From Pseudomonadota bacterium (GTDB lineage: Bacteria; Bdellovibrionota_B; Oligoflexia; Oligoflexales; CAIYRB01), in NCBI GenBank assembly GCA_031416315.1, contig JANOTL010000083.1, positions 1 through 10,643 of the forward strand: DNA of 10,643 bases. The letters are read 5' to 3'. The position numbers were made by a program, and so were the translations under genes. The notes below the pieces were generated by a model. The model was given only the letters and a program-made list of their open reading frames with translations. It did not search any database and was not told the DNA's origin. The first letter of the stretch is position 1. Each line of letters begins with the position of its first letter. Positions 1-8,732 of this stretch are shown here, piece by piece.

Positions 1-17
1 CGCGTGCGCCGGGATCG

Positions 18-1169
<1,152 letters not shown>

Positions 1170-2296
1170 CGTGATTAATTCTCCTGAGATACAGCATGAT
1201 GGCGAAATAGAGGCAGCCGCCGATCGCGGCGGCCCAGAGGAACTCGTAGACCCGGTCGACGAACGCGAGCAGCACGAGCAGATAGATGAAGTCGCGCTGG
1301 GCAAGCGTGTTCTCGAGACGGGACAGCTTCGATTCGAAGCCGTCGCCGTCGAGCTGATCCACCACGCGCGCGTCGCCTCGATGAGCGCGCCGGTGCTGCC
1401 AGGCCGTCCACGCCGAAGCGAGGACGCCGAGGTCCGCGACCGCCGCCAAGGCCAAGGTGTGGGCGCCGTTGCCGGTAAGCCAGAAGCCCACGCCGAGCGA
1501 GGTGAACAGCGCGAGGTGCACGAGGTTGTCGCCCCAGAAGTCGAGGTCGGAGCCGAAGGTGCTTTCCTGAAAGCGCACGCGCGCGAGCTCGCCGTCGCAG
1601 CCGTCGAGGACCGAGTGCAGCCAGACGAGCATCGCGCCCGTGACATAGGCGAGGCGCGTGTCGCCGAGGAAGAAGCACGCGCCGACGAGGCCGATGAGCG
1701 TGCTGAAGATCGTCATCTGGTTGGGCGTCACCGAACTGTCGAGCAGGGCGCGGCTGGCGGCGAGGGAAAGGTGGCGGTCGAAGTGGCGCGCCATGAAGCC
1801 GTCCTGGGACTTGGGGCCGGCGACCATGAGCCAGTCGACGATGGGCCCCTGGGACAGCGGCGCCTCGAGGCGCTTGGCGGAGCCCTCGGGGAGGGGCTGC
1901 TTGGCGCGCGCGATGACGTCCTCGCGCGTGAGCACGACCTGCACGACGCTGAGGCCCGCGGAATCCTCGTAGCTGACCGTCGACGGAAAATCCTGGCGCG
2001 CGATGAAGGCCAGGGTCTCGACTCGGATGAGGTGGTCGGCCGAGATCCCGAGGTAGGGCGGTTCGCACTCGTTGAGCGTCGCCTGGTTCTTCGACACCCA
2101 GCTGACCTCGAGCCCGGGCGGCAGGCGCAGGATCCCGATCTGCGCCTCGTCCGGCTGGGACATCGCGACGAAGACGGATTTGATGCCCGCGCGCGCCGCG
2201 GTGAACAGCTGGCGCTCGAGCACGAGCATGCCGCCGGCCCGCTGCCAGAGCAGCTTGGGATGGGCGACCCATAGGATCGCGCGCGTGAACGTGGGA

Positions 2297-3286
2297 TTAG
2301 GCAAGTGAGGCTCTCTTGCGGGCGCCGTAAGCGGCGCGGATCGCGGACAGGCAGAACGCGGCTTCGGTCAGATTCTCGCCGCGCCGTAGGCCCGAGCACT
2401 CGGCTTCGAAAGACGGCCACATCGCGGCGAGCCACTCGGGGTGCGCGGAGCCGCCGGACAGCTTCTCGGGAAATTGAATCGTCTCCTCGACGCCGTCGGC
2501 CTTGATGATGAGAGCGTCATCGCGAAGTTCCGCGGAGCCGCGTTCGCCCGTGACGAAAGCGGAGTTGGAGCGCTCGCCGGCACGCCACGAAAGATGCATC
2601 GTGCCGGTCGCGAGCGGTGCGCTGAAAAGGGCGGTGGCGACTTCATCCACGGAAGATAGGGGTTGGAGCACGACGTCTACGAGCTGAAGCTTCGGGCCGA
2701 GGAGACGACGCATGAGATAGAGATTGTGCCAACCGTGGTCGACGAAAATGCCGCCGCCGGAAATCGCCGGGTCTTTGCGCCAGTCGTTCGGCGAAGCCGA
2801 AAGAGACGGCCGCGTGCGAAGCACGCGAATATCGGCGTGGCGAATAGCGCCAAGCCGCCCGGATGCCGCGACCTCGAGCAGGCGCGACCATTGCGGTGAA
2901 AAAGCCCAGTTGTTTATCGAGTAAACGCAGACGTTCCTTGCTTCAGACTCGGTTTGGATTTGGGAAAAAGTCTCGGGATCCAAGGTGAGCGGCTTCTCAC
3001 ACAGGACGTGAAGGCCCGCGCGTATGCCCGACAAAACTCCGTTGCCGTGAAAGCTTGGCGGAGAACAAACGACGAGGGCGTCGAGTGACTTCTCCGCCGA
3101 CAGCAAGGCTTCGACGGAGTCATAAACCCGCGCGGACGGCAACGACTTTTTCGCCGCTTCGCGGCGCAACGGCGACGGCTCGGCTACGGCATCAACTTTT
3201 ACCATGCAGGCACGGAGGGCCGACAGATGGGCGCCCTCGGCGATGGCGCCGAACCCAACCAAGCCGACGGAGCTTATCTTGCTCAG
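2297..3286 (-). CDS. Gfo/Idh/MocA-family NAD(P)-dependent oxidoreductase (inositol/sugar dehydrogenase-like)
   Basis: Rossmann SVGLVGFGAIA, HVLCEKPL and WRKDPAISGGGIFVDHGWH motifs. The ORF track starts at TTG 3262, inside beta-strand 1. A CTG at 3286 overlapping the upstream stop (CTGA) is the more plausible start, so the start position is uncertain. Confidence 0.88.
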   Translation of the reverse strand: MSKISSVGLVGFGAIAEGAHLSALRACMVKVDAVAEPSPLRREAAKKSLPSARVYDSVEALLSAEKSLDALVVCSPPSFHGNGVLSGIRAGLHVLCEKPLTLDPETFSQIQTESEARNVCVYSINNWAFSPQWSRLLEVAASGRLGAIRHADIRVLRTRPSLSASPNDWRKDPAISGGGIFVDHGWHNLYLMRRLLGPKLQLVDVVLQPLSSVDEVATALFSAPLATGTMHLSWRAGERSNSAFVTGERGSAELRDDALIIKADGVEETIQFPEKLSGGSAHPEWLAAMWPSFEAECSGLRRGENLTEAAFCLSAIRAAYGARKRASLA

Positions 3287-4626
3287 AGTGAGCGCCTCTT
3301 CTGAACGACCTGCATCGCATCGGCCATGAGATCGAGGCCGTCGAGCGCTTGCTTCTCGGTGATGACGAGAGGCGGGTTGATGCGCAAGGACGGGTTATAA
3401 GCCATAGTCAACACGCCGCGCTTTAATCCCTCTTCAAAAATCTCCCGACAAATGGCTTTGTCGAGTGGTTTTTTGTCCAACGGATTGATCAAGTCCACTC
3501 CGATCATAAGTCCCCGACCACGGAGCGAGCCGATCAACGGCTGCTTCTCTTTAATCTCAGTCAGGCGCCGGAGCATCGCCGCTCCTACCGTCGCGGCGTT
3601 TTCGACGAGCTTATCACGCAAAATAATTTGCAGCGTCGTGTCGCAGGCGGCCGACGCCAACGGGTTGCCGCCGTAGGACGAAGACGACCCCGAGGGGTTC
3701 GACCACGGCTTGGCGTTCGCCATCTCGCTGCTCGTGACGACGCCCGAAACCGGGAATCCGCCGCCGAAGCCCTTGCCGATGGTCATCATGTCGGGAATGA
3801 CTCCCTCATGATCGCACCCGAACATCTTGCCCGTGCGTCCGAAGCCGGTGATCATTTCATCCGAGATGAAAACCGCGCCGATCTCCTTGGCGATCTCCTG
3901 CACGCCTTTGAAGAAGCCGGCGGGCGGGATCACGTTGCCGTTGGTTCCCTGAATGGGCTCAACGATGATCGCGGCCACGGCGCCCGTCGTCTCGCGTTTG
4001 ATCTTTTCGCGCAGGAACTCCAACGAATGAGCTCCGCAATCATGCGGCGCTATGGCGCCGAACGGACATTTTCTGCTGTCCGGGTAAGGGGAGAGGTGCA
4101 AGCCGGGCGCGGTCGCTCCATATCCGTTCTTGAAGCCGTCGTTGAGCAGACCCATGACTCCTTGCGTCTTGCCGTGGAATCCACCCCAAAATCCGATGAC
4201 TTCGAATTTCCCCGTCCTGCTCTTCGCGAGCCGCAGCGCGGCCTCGACGGCCTCGGCGCCCGACGAGTACAGCTGGCAGCGCGTGAGGCCCTTCGGCGTG
4301 ACGCTCGCCAAGGTCTTGAGGAAATTCACGCGGTGCGGCGAGGTGAAGGAACCGACCGCGGTTTTCGCGGCCTGCGCGCCGACGGCCTTGGCCCACTCTG
4401 GATGGCCGTAGCCCAGGGACGCGACGCCGATGCCGGCGACGAGGTCGAGGTATTCCTTGCCGTCCACGTCGCGCAGCGATGCGCCGCTTCCGCCGTCGAT
4501 GGCGAGTTGGGCGTACAGCGCGATGGTCTGGAGGCCGGGAGCGATGTACTCCTGCTCCTCAAGGAACATGGCCTTGGACTTCGGTCCGGCGGAATACGGA
4601 GCGTCGGTGAGCGTCTGAGGGGTCAT
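3283..4626 (-). CDS. class III PLP-dependent aminotransferase (GabT/ArgD-like fold, substrate unknown)
   Basis: DVDGKEYLDLVAGIGVASLGYGHP, SGAEAVEAALRLAK, FHGKT, IIVEPIQG, DEMITGFGRTG, PLP lysine in TIGKGFGGGFP, YGGNPLA, RGRGLMIGV and LRINPPLVI. Confidence 0.93.
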   Translation of the reverse strand: MTPQTLTDAPYSAGPKSKAMFLEEQEYIAPGLQTIALYAQLAIDGGSGASLRDVDGKEYLDLVAGIGVASLGYGHPEWAKAVGAQAAKTAVGSFTSPHRVNFLKTLASVTPKGLTRCQLYSSGAEAVEAALRLAKSRTGKFEVIGFWGGFHGKTQGVMGLLNDGFKNGYGATAPGLHLSPYPDSRKCPFGAIAPHDCGAHSLEFLREKIKRETTGAVAAIIVEPIQGTNGNVIPPAGFFKGVQEIAKEIGAVFISDEMITGFGRTGKMFGCDHEGVIPDMMTIGKGFGGGFPVSGVVTSSEMANAKPWSNPSGSSSSYGGNPLASAACDTTLQIILRDKLVENAATVGAAMLRRLTEIKEKQPLIGSLRGRGLMIGVDLINPLDKKPLDKAICREIFEEGLKRGVLTMAYNPSLRINPPLVITEKQALDGLDLMADAMQVVQKRRSL

Positions 4627-4632
4627 GTGAGT

Positions 4633-5475
4633 TTAGGCCTTCCTACCGGCGACCTGCCTCAGCCGGAGGCGAAGGCGGCGGGCGATCTGGACCGAGGCTT
4701 CGGCGCGCACGCGCGCGAAGCTCGGCCAGCTGTTGATGTCGATGATATAAATCTTTCCATCGGGAGTCACGATGGCGTCGCCGCCGAACACCTCGACCTT
4801 CACTGCCTGGGCGGCGAGCTCGGCCTGGGCGGCGAGGTCCTCGAGCTCGAAAGGGAGGCGGCGGGCGGTGGAGGGATCGTGATAGAACCAGGTGAACCAT
4901 TGGCCGGGTCCGACGCCGTAAAACTTGATGAGGTCGCCGTCGGTGTGGCGCTGGATCACGAGGTCCTTGATCTCGCGGCTCTCGAATTCGCGGCGGATGT
5001 GCTCCGCCTCCTTCCAGTCCTTGGCGAAGACCACGTCGAAGGCGCAGGTGTTGTGCACGTCGCCGCGCTTGAGCCACCAGCCGCCGTCGGCTTCGTAGGA
5101 GGGAGGAACCTTGTTCGCCTCGGCCGTAGTGCGGCGGACCTCGGTGGGCGGGTAGGAGAGGCCGGTCGTGTTCACGAAGGACTCGAGCATGCGCGTGCGG
5201 TAGCAGCCGAGCACGGAGTCCGCCGGGTTGACTGTGACGACTCCGGTCTCCTCCTCGATCTTCTTAAGCCGCATCAGACGGGGGTAGGTTTCACACATCG
5301 GGACGATGAGGTCGTATCCTTTGGCGTCCGCGCGGTCGAATTCCTCCGGCGTCATAACGGTCGTTTCAGTCTTTAAAATGGAGAGCTGGTCCATCACGGC
5401 CTTCAGGATCAGGGCGTCGTCGCTCTCGCGGCCGGGGGAGTTCTGAGTTTCGCGCAAAATGCCGAGGGCTTTCAT
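4633..5475 (-). CDS. ATP-grasp fold protein of unknown function
   Basis: WWLKRGDVH (ATP-binding Lys), LVIQRHTDGDLIKFYGVG and C-terminal FGGDAIVTPDGKIYIIDINSWPSF (D...D-x-N metal site). ATGA overlap with the upstream gene. Confidence 0.8.
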   Translation of the reverse strand: MKALGILRETQNSPGRESDDALILKAVMDQLSILKTETTVMTPEEFDRADAKGYDLIVPMCETYPRLMRLKKIEEETGVVTVNPADSVLGCYRTRMLESFVNTTGLSYPPTEVRRTTAEANKVPPSYEADGGWWLKRGDVHNTCAFDVVFAKDWKEAEHIRREFESREIKDLVIQRHTDGDLIKFYGVGPGQWFTWFYHDPSTARRLPFELEDLAAQAELAAQAVKVEVFGGDAIVTPDGKIYIIDINSWPSFARVRAEASVQIARRLRLRLRQVAGRKA

Positions 5476-6170
5476 CGCTTCGTCTCCGTGGTGAGGAATG
5501 CCTCGGCGGCGGCCACGTCCTCGGGCCGGTCCACGTCGAGGGATTTGGACAGCAGCACGCCGGCCACGCGGGCTTCGGCCGCGAGCGCGGACAGGAAATC
5601 ACGCAGGCGGCCGTGCGCGTTCGCGGCGGGCAGGCGCTTTGCGGCTGCGCCGGTCATGTAGTAAAGGCCGCACGTCACGAAGCGGCGCGTCTTGGCGTCG
5701 GGTCCGAGGGCGCGCACGAGGCCGACCTCGTCGACGTCCGCGTAAAGGGGTTTCTCGTCGTCGACGTGCGCCGTCAAGGCCAAGCCGGCCTCGGCGCGAG
5801 ACGCGCGGCATTCGTTGATGAAGCGCGCCGTGTCTTCAGGTTTGACCAGAGCGTCGACGGTGCTGATGACGAAGTCTTTCGCCGTTTCGGCGAGACGCAA
5901 AGACACCAGCCGGAACGACTCGAACGATGAGGCGGTGTCGGCCGTGACGAAATCGAAGGACACATCCGGGAACGCGGCGGTGAGATAGGCGCTGACGGAG
6001 CCGCCGCGTGAATTGGTCAGAACGACGATTTCTTTACACCCGGACGAGCGCAATCCGACGACCACCCAGTAGATGAGCGGCTTCGCCGCTATTTTAATCA
6101 TTGGCTTGATCTCGCCGACGGCAGCCAAGCGGGAACCTTCACCTGCCGCGATGATGCCGGCGCGGATCAC
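5472..6170 (-). CDS. nucleotidyltransferase (NTP_transferase family; candidate inositol-phosphate cytidylyltransferase)
   Basis: N-terminal AGIIAAGEGSRL...KPMIKIAAKPLI loop, ISTVD and C-terminal LDVDRPED. True start is GTG at 6170 (GTGA overlap with the HAD stop), not 6323. Confidence 0.88.
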   Translation of the reverse strand: MIRAGIIAAGEGSRLAAVGEIKPMIKIAAKPLIYWVVVGLRSSGCKEIVVLTNSRGGSVSAYLTAAFPDVSFDFVTADTASSFESFRLVSLRLAETAKDFVISTVDALVKPEDTARFINECRASRAEAGLALTAHVDDEKPLYADVDEVGLVRALGPDAKTRRFVTCGLYYMTGAAAKRLPAANAHGRLRDFLSALAAEARVAGVLLSKSLDVDRPEDVAAAEAFLTTETKR

Positions 6171-6832
6171 TTCAGCACCCCTTCGAGCTCCGTGACCGAA
6201 CGGATCGTCCAATCCTGGCCCGCGTCCGGCGCATTTTTCGCCGTGGTGATCAGCGCCTTCTTCATGCCGACACCCGTCGCGCCGGCCATGTCGCGCTTGA
6301 TCGAATCGCCGACCATCACGCATTCATTGGGCGCGGCCTGGCAGGCATTCGCGGCATGGAGAAAGATGCCCGGCTCCGGCTTGATCACGCCGAGCACGCC
6401 GGAGTCCGCGACGACCGAGAACAGCGGCCTCAGCCCTTCCGCGCTCAGGATGCCGTCCAGATTGCCGTAGAAATTCGACACGACGCCCAGCTGGTAGCGC
6501 TTCGCCAGCCGTTCCAATACGGGCGTCAGCTGCTTGAAGTGGGCCCGGCAGTCGCCGGTGAAGCGGCCCGCGACCGGCTCGATGAGGTCGCGGCGGTCTG
6601 GGGCCACCGCCATGATGACGTCCGTCACCTGCAGGCGGACGGTCTGGGCCAGGTCGAGGCCCTTAAGGGCATGGCGCGTGTGGAGGTTGTCGTCGGAGTC
6701 GTAGAAGGCGCGCTCGAGGCGCTCCAAGGGGGCTTCGAGGCCGGCTTCCTTATAAAGGGGGAGGAAACGCTCGAGCCAGGTGGTGCCGTCGGCATCGAGG
6801 GTCCCCCCATAGTCGAACAGCAGGGACTTCAT
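6167..6832 (-). CDS. HAD-IA family hydrolase (phosphatase)
   Basis: Motif I LFDYGGTLD, motif II VVSN, motif III KPEPGIF and motif IV VGDSIKRD. Confidence 0.92.
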   Translation of the reverse strand: MKSLLFDYGGTLDADGTTWLERFLPLYKEAGLEAPLERLERAFYDSDDNLHTRHALKGLDLAQTVRLQVTDVIMAVAPDRRDLIEPVAGRFTGDCRAHFKQLTPVLERLAKRYQLGVVSNFYGNLDGILSAEGLRPLFSVVADSGVLGVIKPEPGIFLHAANACQAAPNECVMVGDSIKRDMAGATGVGMKKALITTAKNAPDAGQDWTIRSVTELEGVLK

Positions 6833-6838
6833 TTAAAA

Positions 6839-6844
6839 ATTATA
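6839..6844 (-). promoter_or_regulatory. -10 box (TATAAT) for the leftward inositol operon, probably giving a leaderless mRNA
   Basis: Minus strand reads TAG-TATAAT-TTTTAA-ATG: a perfect TATAAT 6 nt before the HAD ATG, with no Shine-Dalgarno sequence and no consensus -35. Confidence 0.6.
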
Positions 6845-6888
6845 CTAAATAGCCATGAATCCACAGCCCGCCCGAAGTAGTCCTTTTA

Positions 6889-6907
6889 TGACAAGGCCTT
6901 GACAAGG
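6889..6907. repeat. TGACAAGG direct repeat with 11-bp period (possible transcription-factor site)
   Basis: TGACAAGG at 6889-6896 and 6900-6907; the second copy overlaps the -35 of the pilM promoter. Confidence 0.45.
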
Positions 6908-6927
6908 ATGGGTAAACCTGTTATAAC
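6899..6927 (+). promoter_or_regulatory. sigma70-type promoter for pilMNOPQ
   Basis: TTGACA (6899-6904), 17-nt spacer, TATAAC (6922-6927), with an extended -10 TG at 6919-6920. Confidence 0.8.
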
Positions 6928-6945
6928 TCGCTGTCGTTACAAAAC

Positions 6946-6994
6946 GCGCCGAGTCCGACCTCCCGGGAAATCGGGGGGGCGTCGGCGCTTTTTT
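6946..6994 (+). terminator. intrinsic-terminator-like hairpin within the pilM 5' leader
   Basis: Outer stem GCGCCGA (6946-6952)/TCGGCGC (6982-6988), inner stem CCTCCCGG-GAAA-TCGGGGGG, followed by TTTTTT (6989-6994). Confidence 0.55.
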
Positions 6995-7033
6995 AATGGG
7001 TACTTGGCGGGTCGGACGGAAAAAAGGAGATAA

Positions 7034-8176
7034 ATGCCTAAGCTCGAAGAGGTCAAGGAGAAGCTCGGAGCCCTGAAAGGGCTCGCGGAGATGTTCCTTG
7101 GCCCCAAGGACGTCGTCGGCATCGACGTCGGATCTTACTCGGTCAAGGTCGTCCTCTTTAAGCTCGAGGCCGGCGCGTACACGCTCAAGGCCTGGGGCCA
7201 GCTGCCCCTGGGCGCGAAGGCGGACGCGGGCCCCGACGAGAAAAAGGCGGCCGTGGTCAATTTGCTGCGCGCCTTCTTCATCGAAAAAGGCGTCAAGGTC
7301 AAGGAAGTCTCCACCTCTTTGTCGGGCAACGCCGTCATCGTGCGCTACGTCAAGTTCCCGCGCCTGACGAAGACCGAGCTCCAGTCGACTTTGGCGACCG
7401 AGGCCGAGCCCTTCATCCCTTTCGACATCAACGAAGTCCAGCTCAGCTTCCACATCCTCAGCGAGATCGTCGAGGACGGCCAGAAGAAGATGGAGACCGT
7501 GCTCGTTGCGGCCAAGCGCGACCTTGTCCAGCAGCGTCTCGAGATCCTGCAGGGCGCCGGGCTGGTCCCGACCATCATCGACGTCGACAGCTTCGCCCTC
7601 GAGAACATCCACGAGAAGACGCGCGACGCGAAGGAAGGCCCTGGCGCGACGCTGTACCTGAACATCGGCCACATGGTGACGAACCTCTCGATCGTCGAGA
7701 ACGGCGTCACGCGCGTCGTGCGCGACATGTTCATCTCGGGCAACACTTTGACGAAGGCGATCATGAAGGCGTTCCAGTGCGACGCGGCCCGCGCCGAGGA
7801 GCTCAAGCACTCGCGCGGCGTGTTCGTCGATCCCGCCGAGAAGGAAAAGGCGCTCGCCGACGGAGACCGCGACGGCCTGGGCGTATCGCAGGCGGTCGGC
7901 CAGGTCGCGCGCGACCTCGTCGCCGAGGTCCATCGCTCCGTCGACTTCTACCTGTCGCAGGGCCCCGACCGCTCGATCGGCCGGATCATGCTCGCGGGCG
8001 GCACCGCGCGCCTCAAGAATCTCGACAAGCACCTCGCGCAAGAGCTCAAGGTGCCCGTCTCGGTCCTAAACCCTTTCGCGTTCGCCAAGGGCGGGGACGC
8101 CGTGCCCGAAGCGCTGGCCCCCAGCTTCGGCGTGGCCGCCGGCCTTGCGCTGCGGTCGAACAGGGACTGGGAATAA
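7034..8176 (+). CDS. pilM: type IV pilus assembly protein PilM (actin/FtsA-like)
   Basis: VGIDVGSYSVKVV, EAEPFIPFDINEV, VLVAAKRD, IIDVDSFALEN, NIGHMVTNL, EVHRSVDFY and MLAGGTARL motifs; AAGGAG RBS; first gene of an M-N-O-P-Q order. Confidence 0.95.
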   Translation: MPKLEEVKEKLGALKGLAEMFLGPKDVVGIDVGSYSVKVVLFKLEAGAYTLKAWGQLPLGAKADAGPDEKKAAVVNLLRAFFIEKGVKVKEVSTSLSGNAVIVRYVKFPRLTKTELQSTLATEAEPFIPFDINEVQLSFHILSEIVEDGQKKMETVLVAAKRDLVQQRLEILQGAGLVPTIIDVDSFALENIHEKTRDAKEGPGATLYLNIGHMVTNLSIVENGVTRVVRDMFISGNTLTKAIMKAFQCDAARAEELKHSRGVFVDPAEKEKALADGDRDGLGVSQAVGQVARDLVAEVHRSVDFYLSQGPDRSIGRIMLAGGTARLKNLDKHLAQELKVPVSVLNPFAFAKGGDAVPEALAPSFGVAAGLALRSNRDWE

Positions 8177-8182
8177 CCGCAG

Positions 8183-8731
8183 ATGATCAAGGTTAACTTA
8201 GTCCCCGCGGAGCTCCTCGCCAAGGCCAAGCAGCGCCAGCTGCTGATGCAGGCCGTGGTGCTGGGAAGCCTCATGGCGTTGATCCTCGTGGTTGTTTCCT
8301 TCGGCCATTGGTACGGTAAGCGCACGCTCGAGGTGCGGCTCGCCTACGCCGAGTCGGAGCTTCAGCGCCTAGACCGGATCGTCAAGCAGGTCGAGGAGCT
8401 CGAGAAGGCCGCCGCCGCCGTGCGCGCCCGCCTGGGCGTGATCGAGAATCTCCTGCTCGGCCGCGCGTATTACCCCATCTTCATGTCGGAGTTCGCCCGT
8501 ACCGTTCCCGGCGGCGTTCGCGTGAACACGATGACCACCGGAAGCGGATCCGCGGTCGGCACGATCAGGCTCTCCATCGGCGCCATCGCCAACTCCAACG
8601 AGGACATCGCGGCCTGGGTCAAGACGATGGAAAAGAACACCCGCTTCGGCCTGATCGAACTCGGCGCGGTGACCGCGTCGGGTCCGACGCAATACGCCTT
8701 CACCATGACCGCGACGTACACGAGCAACTAA
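8183..8731 (+). CDS. pilN: type IV pilus assembly protein PilN
   Basis: N-terminal IKVNLVP (INLLP-type PilM-binding motif), a single TM helix, a coiled coil, then a ferredoxin-like periplasmic region; follows pilM. Confidence 0.9.
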   Translation: MIKVNLVPAELLAKAKQRQLLMQAVVLGSLMALILVVVSFGHWYGKRTLEVRLAYAESELQRLDRIVKQVEELEKAAAAVRARLGVIENLLLGRAYYPIFMSEFARTVPGGVRVNTMTTGSGSAVGTIRLSIGAIANSNEDIAAWVKTMEKNTRFGLIELGAVTASGPTQYAFTMTATYTSN

Positions 8732-8732
8732 C

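Noticed and set aside
1170..1646. 159-aa N-terminal extension of the ino1 ORF, or a possible frameshift fusion with the phosphotransferase
   Set aside because: Ser/Arg/Cys-rich out-of-frame reading of the CDP-alcohol phosphotransferase gene. MIPS similarity and an RBS start at ATG 1169, and I saw no slippery site.
3283..4626. Assigning gabT or argD to the aminotransferase
   Set aside because: The fold is clear but the substrate cannot be read from motifs, and the context points away from GABA or arginine metabolism.
3628..5376. 582-aa plus-strand ORF
   Set aside because: Antisense shadow spanning the aminotransferase and ATP-grasp genes; no motifs and no RBS.
6171..6323. 51-aa N-terminal extension of the NTP-transferase ORF
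   Set aside because: Lies out of frame within the HAD gene; the family motif begins right after the GTG at 6170.
6910..7025. c-di-GMP-I/cGAMP (GEMM) riboswitch suggested by GGTAAAC and GGACGGAAA fragments
   Set aside because: GGTAAAC lies in the promoter spacer upstream of the expected TSS, and the fragments lack the P1/P2 arrangement and spacing of the aptamer.
6845..8041. 398-aa minus-strand ORF
   Set aside because: Antisense to pilM and runs through the promoter region; shadow ORF.
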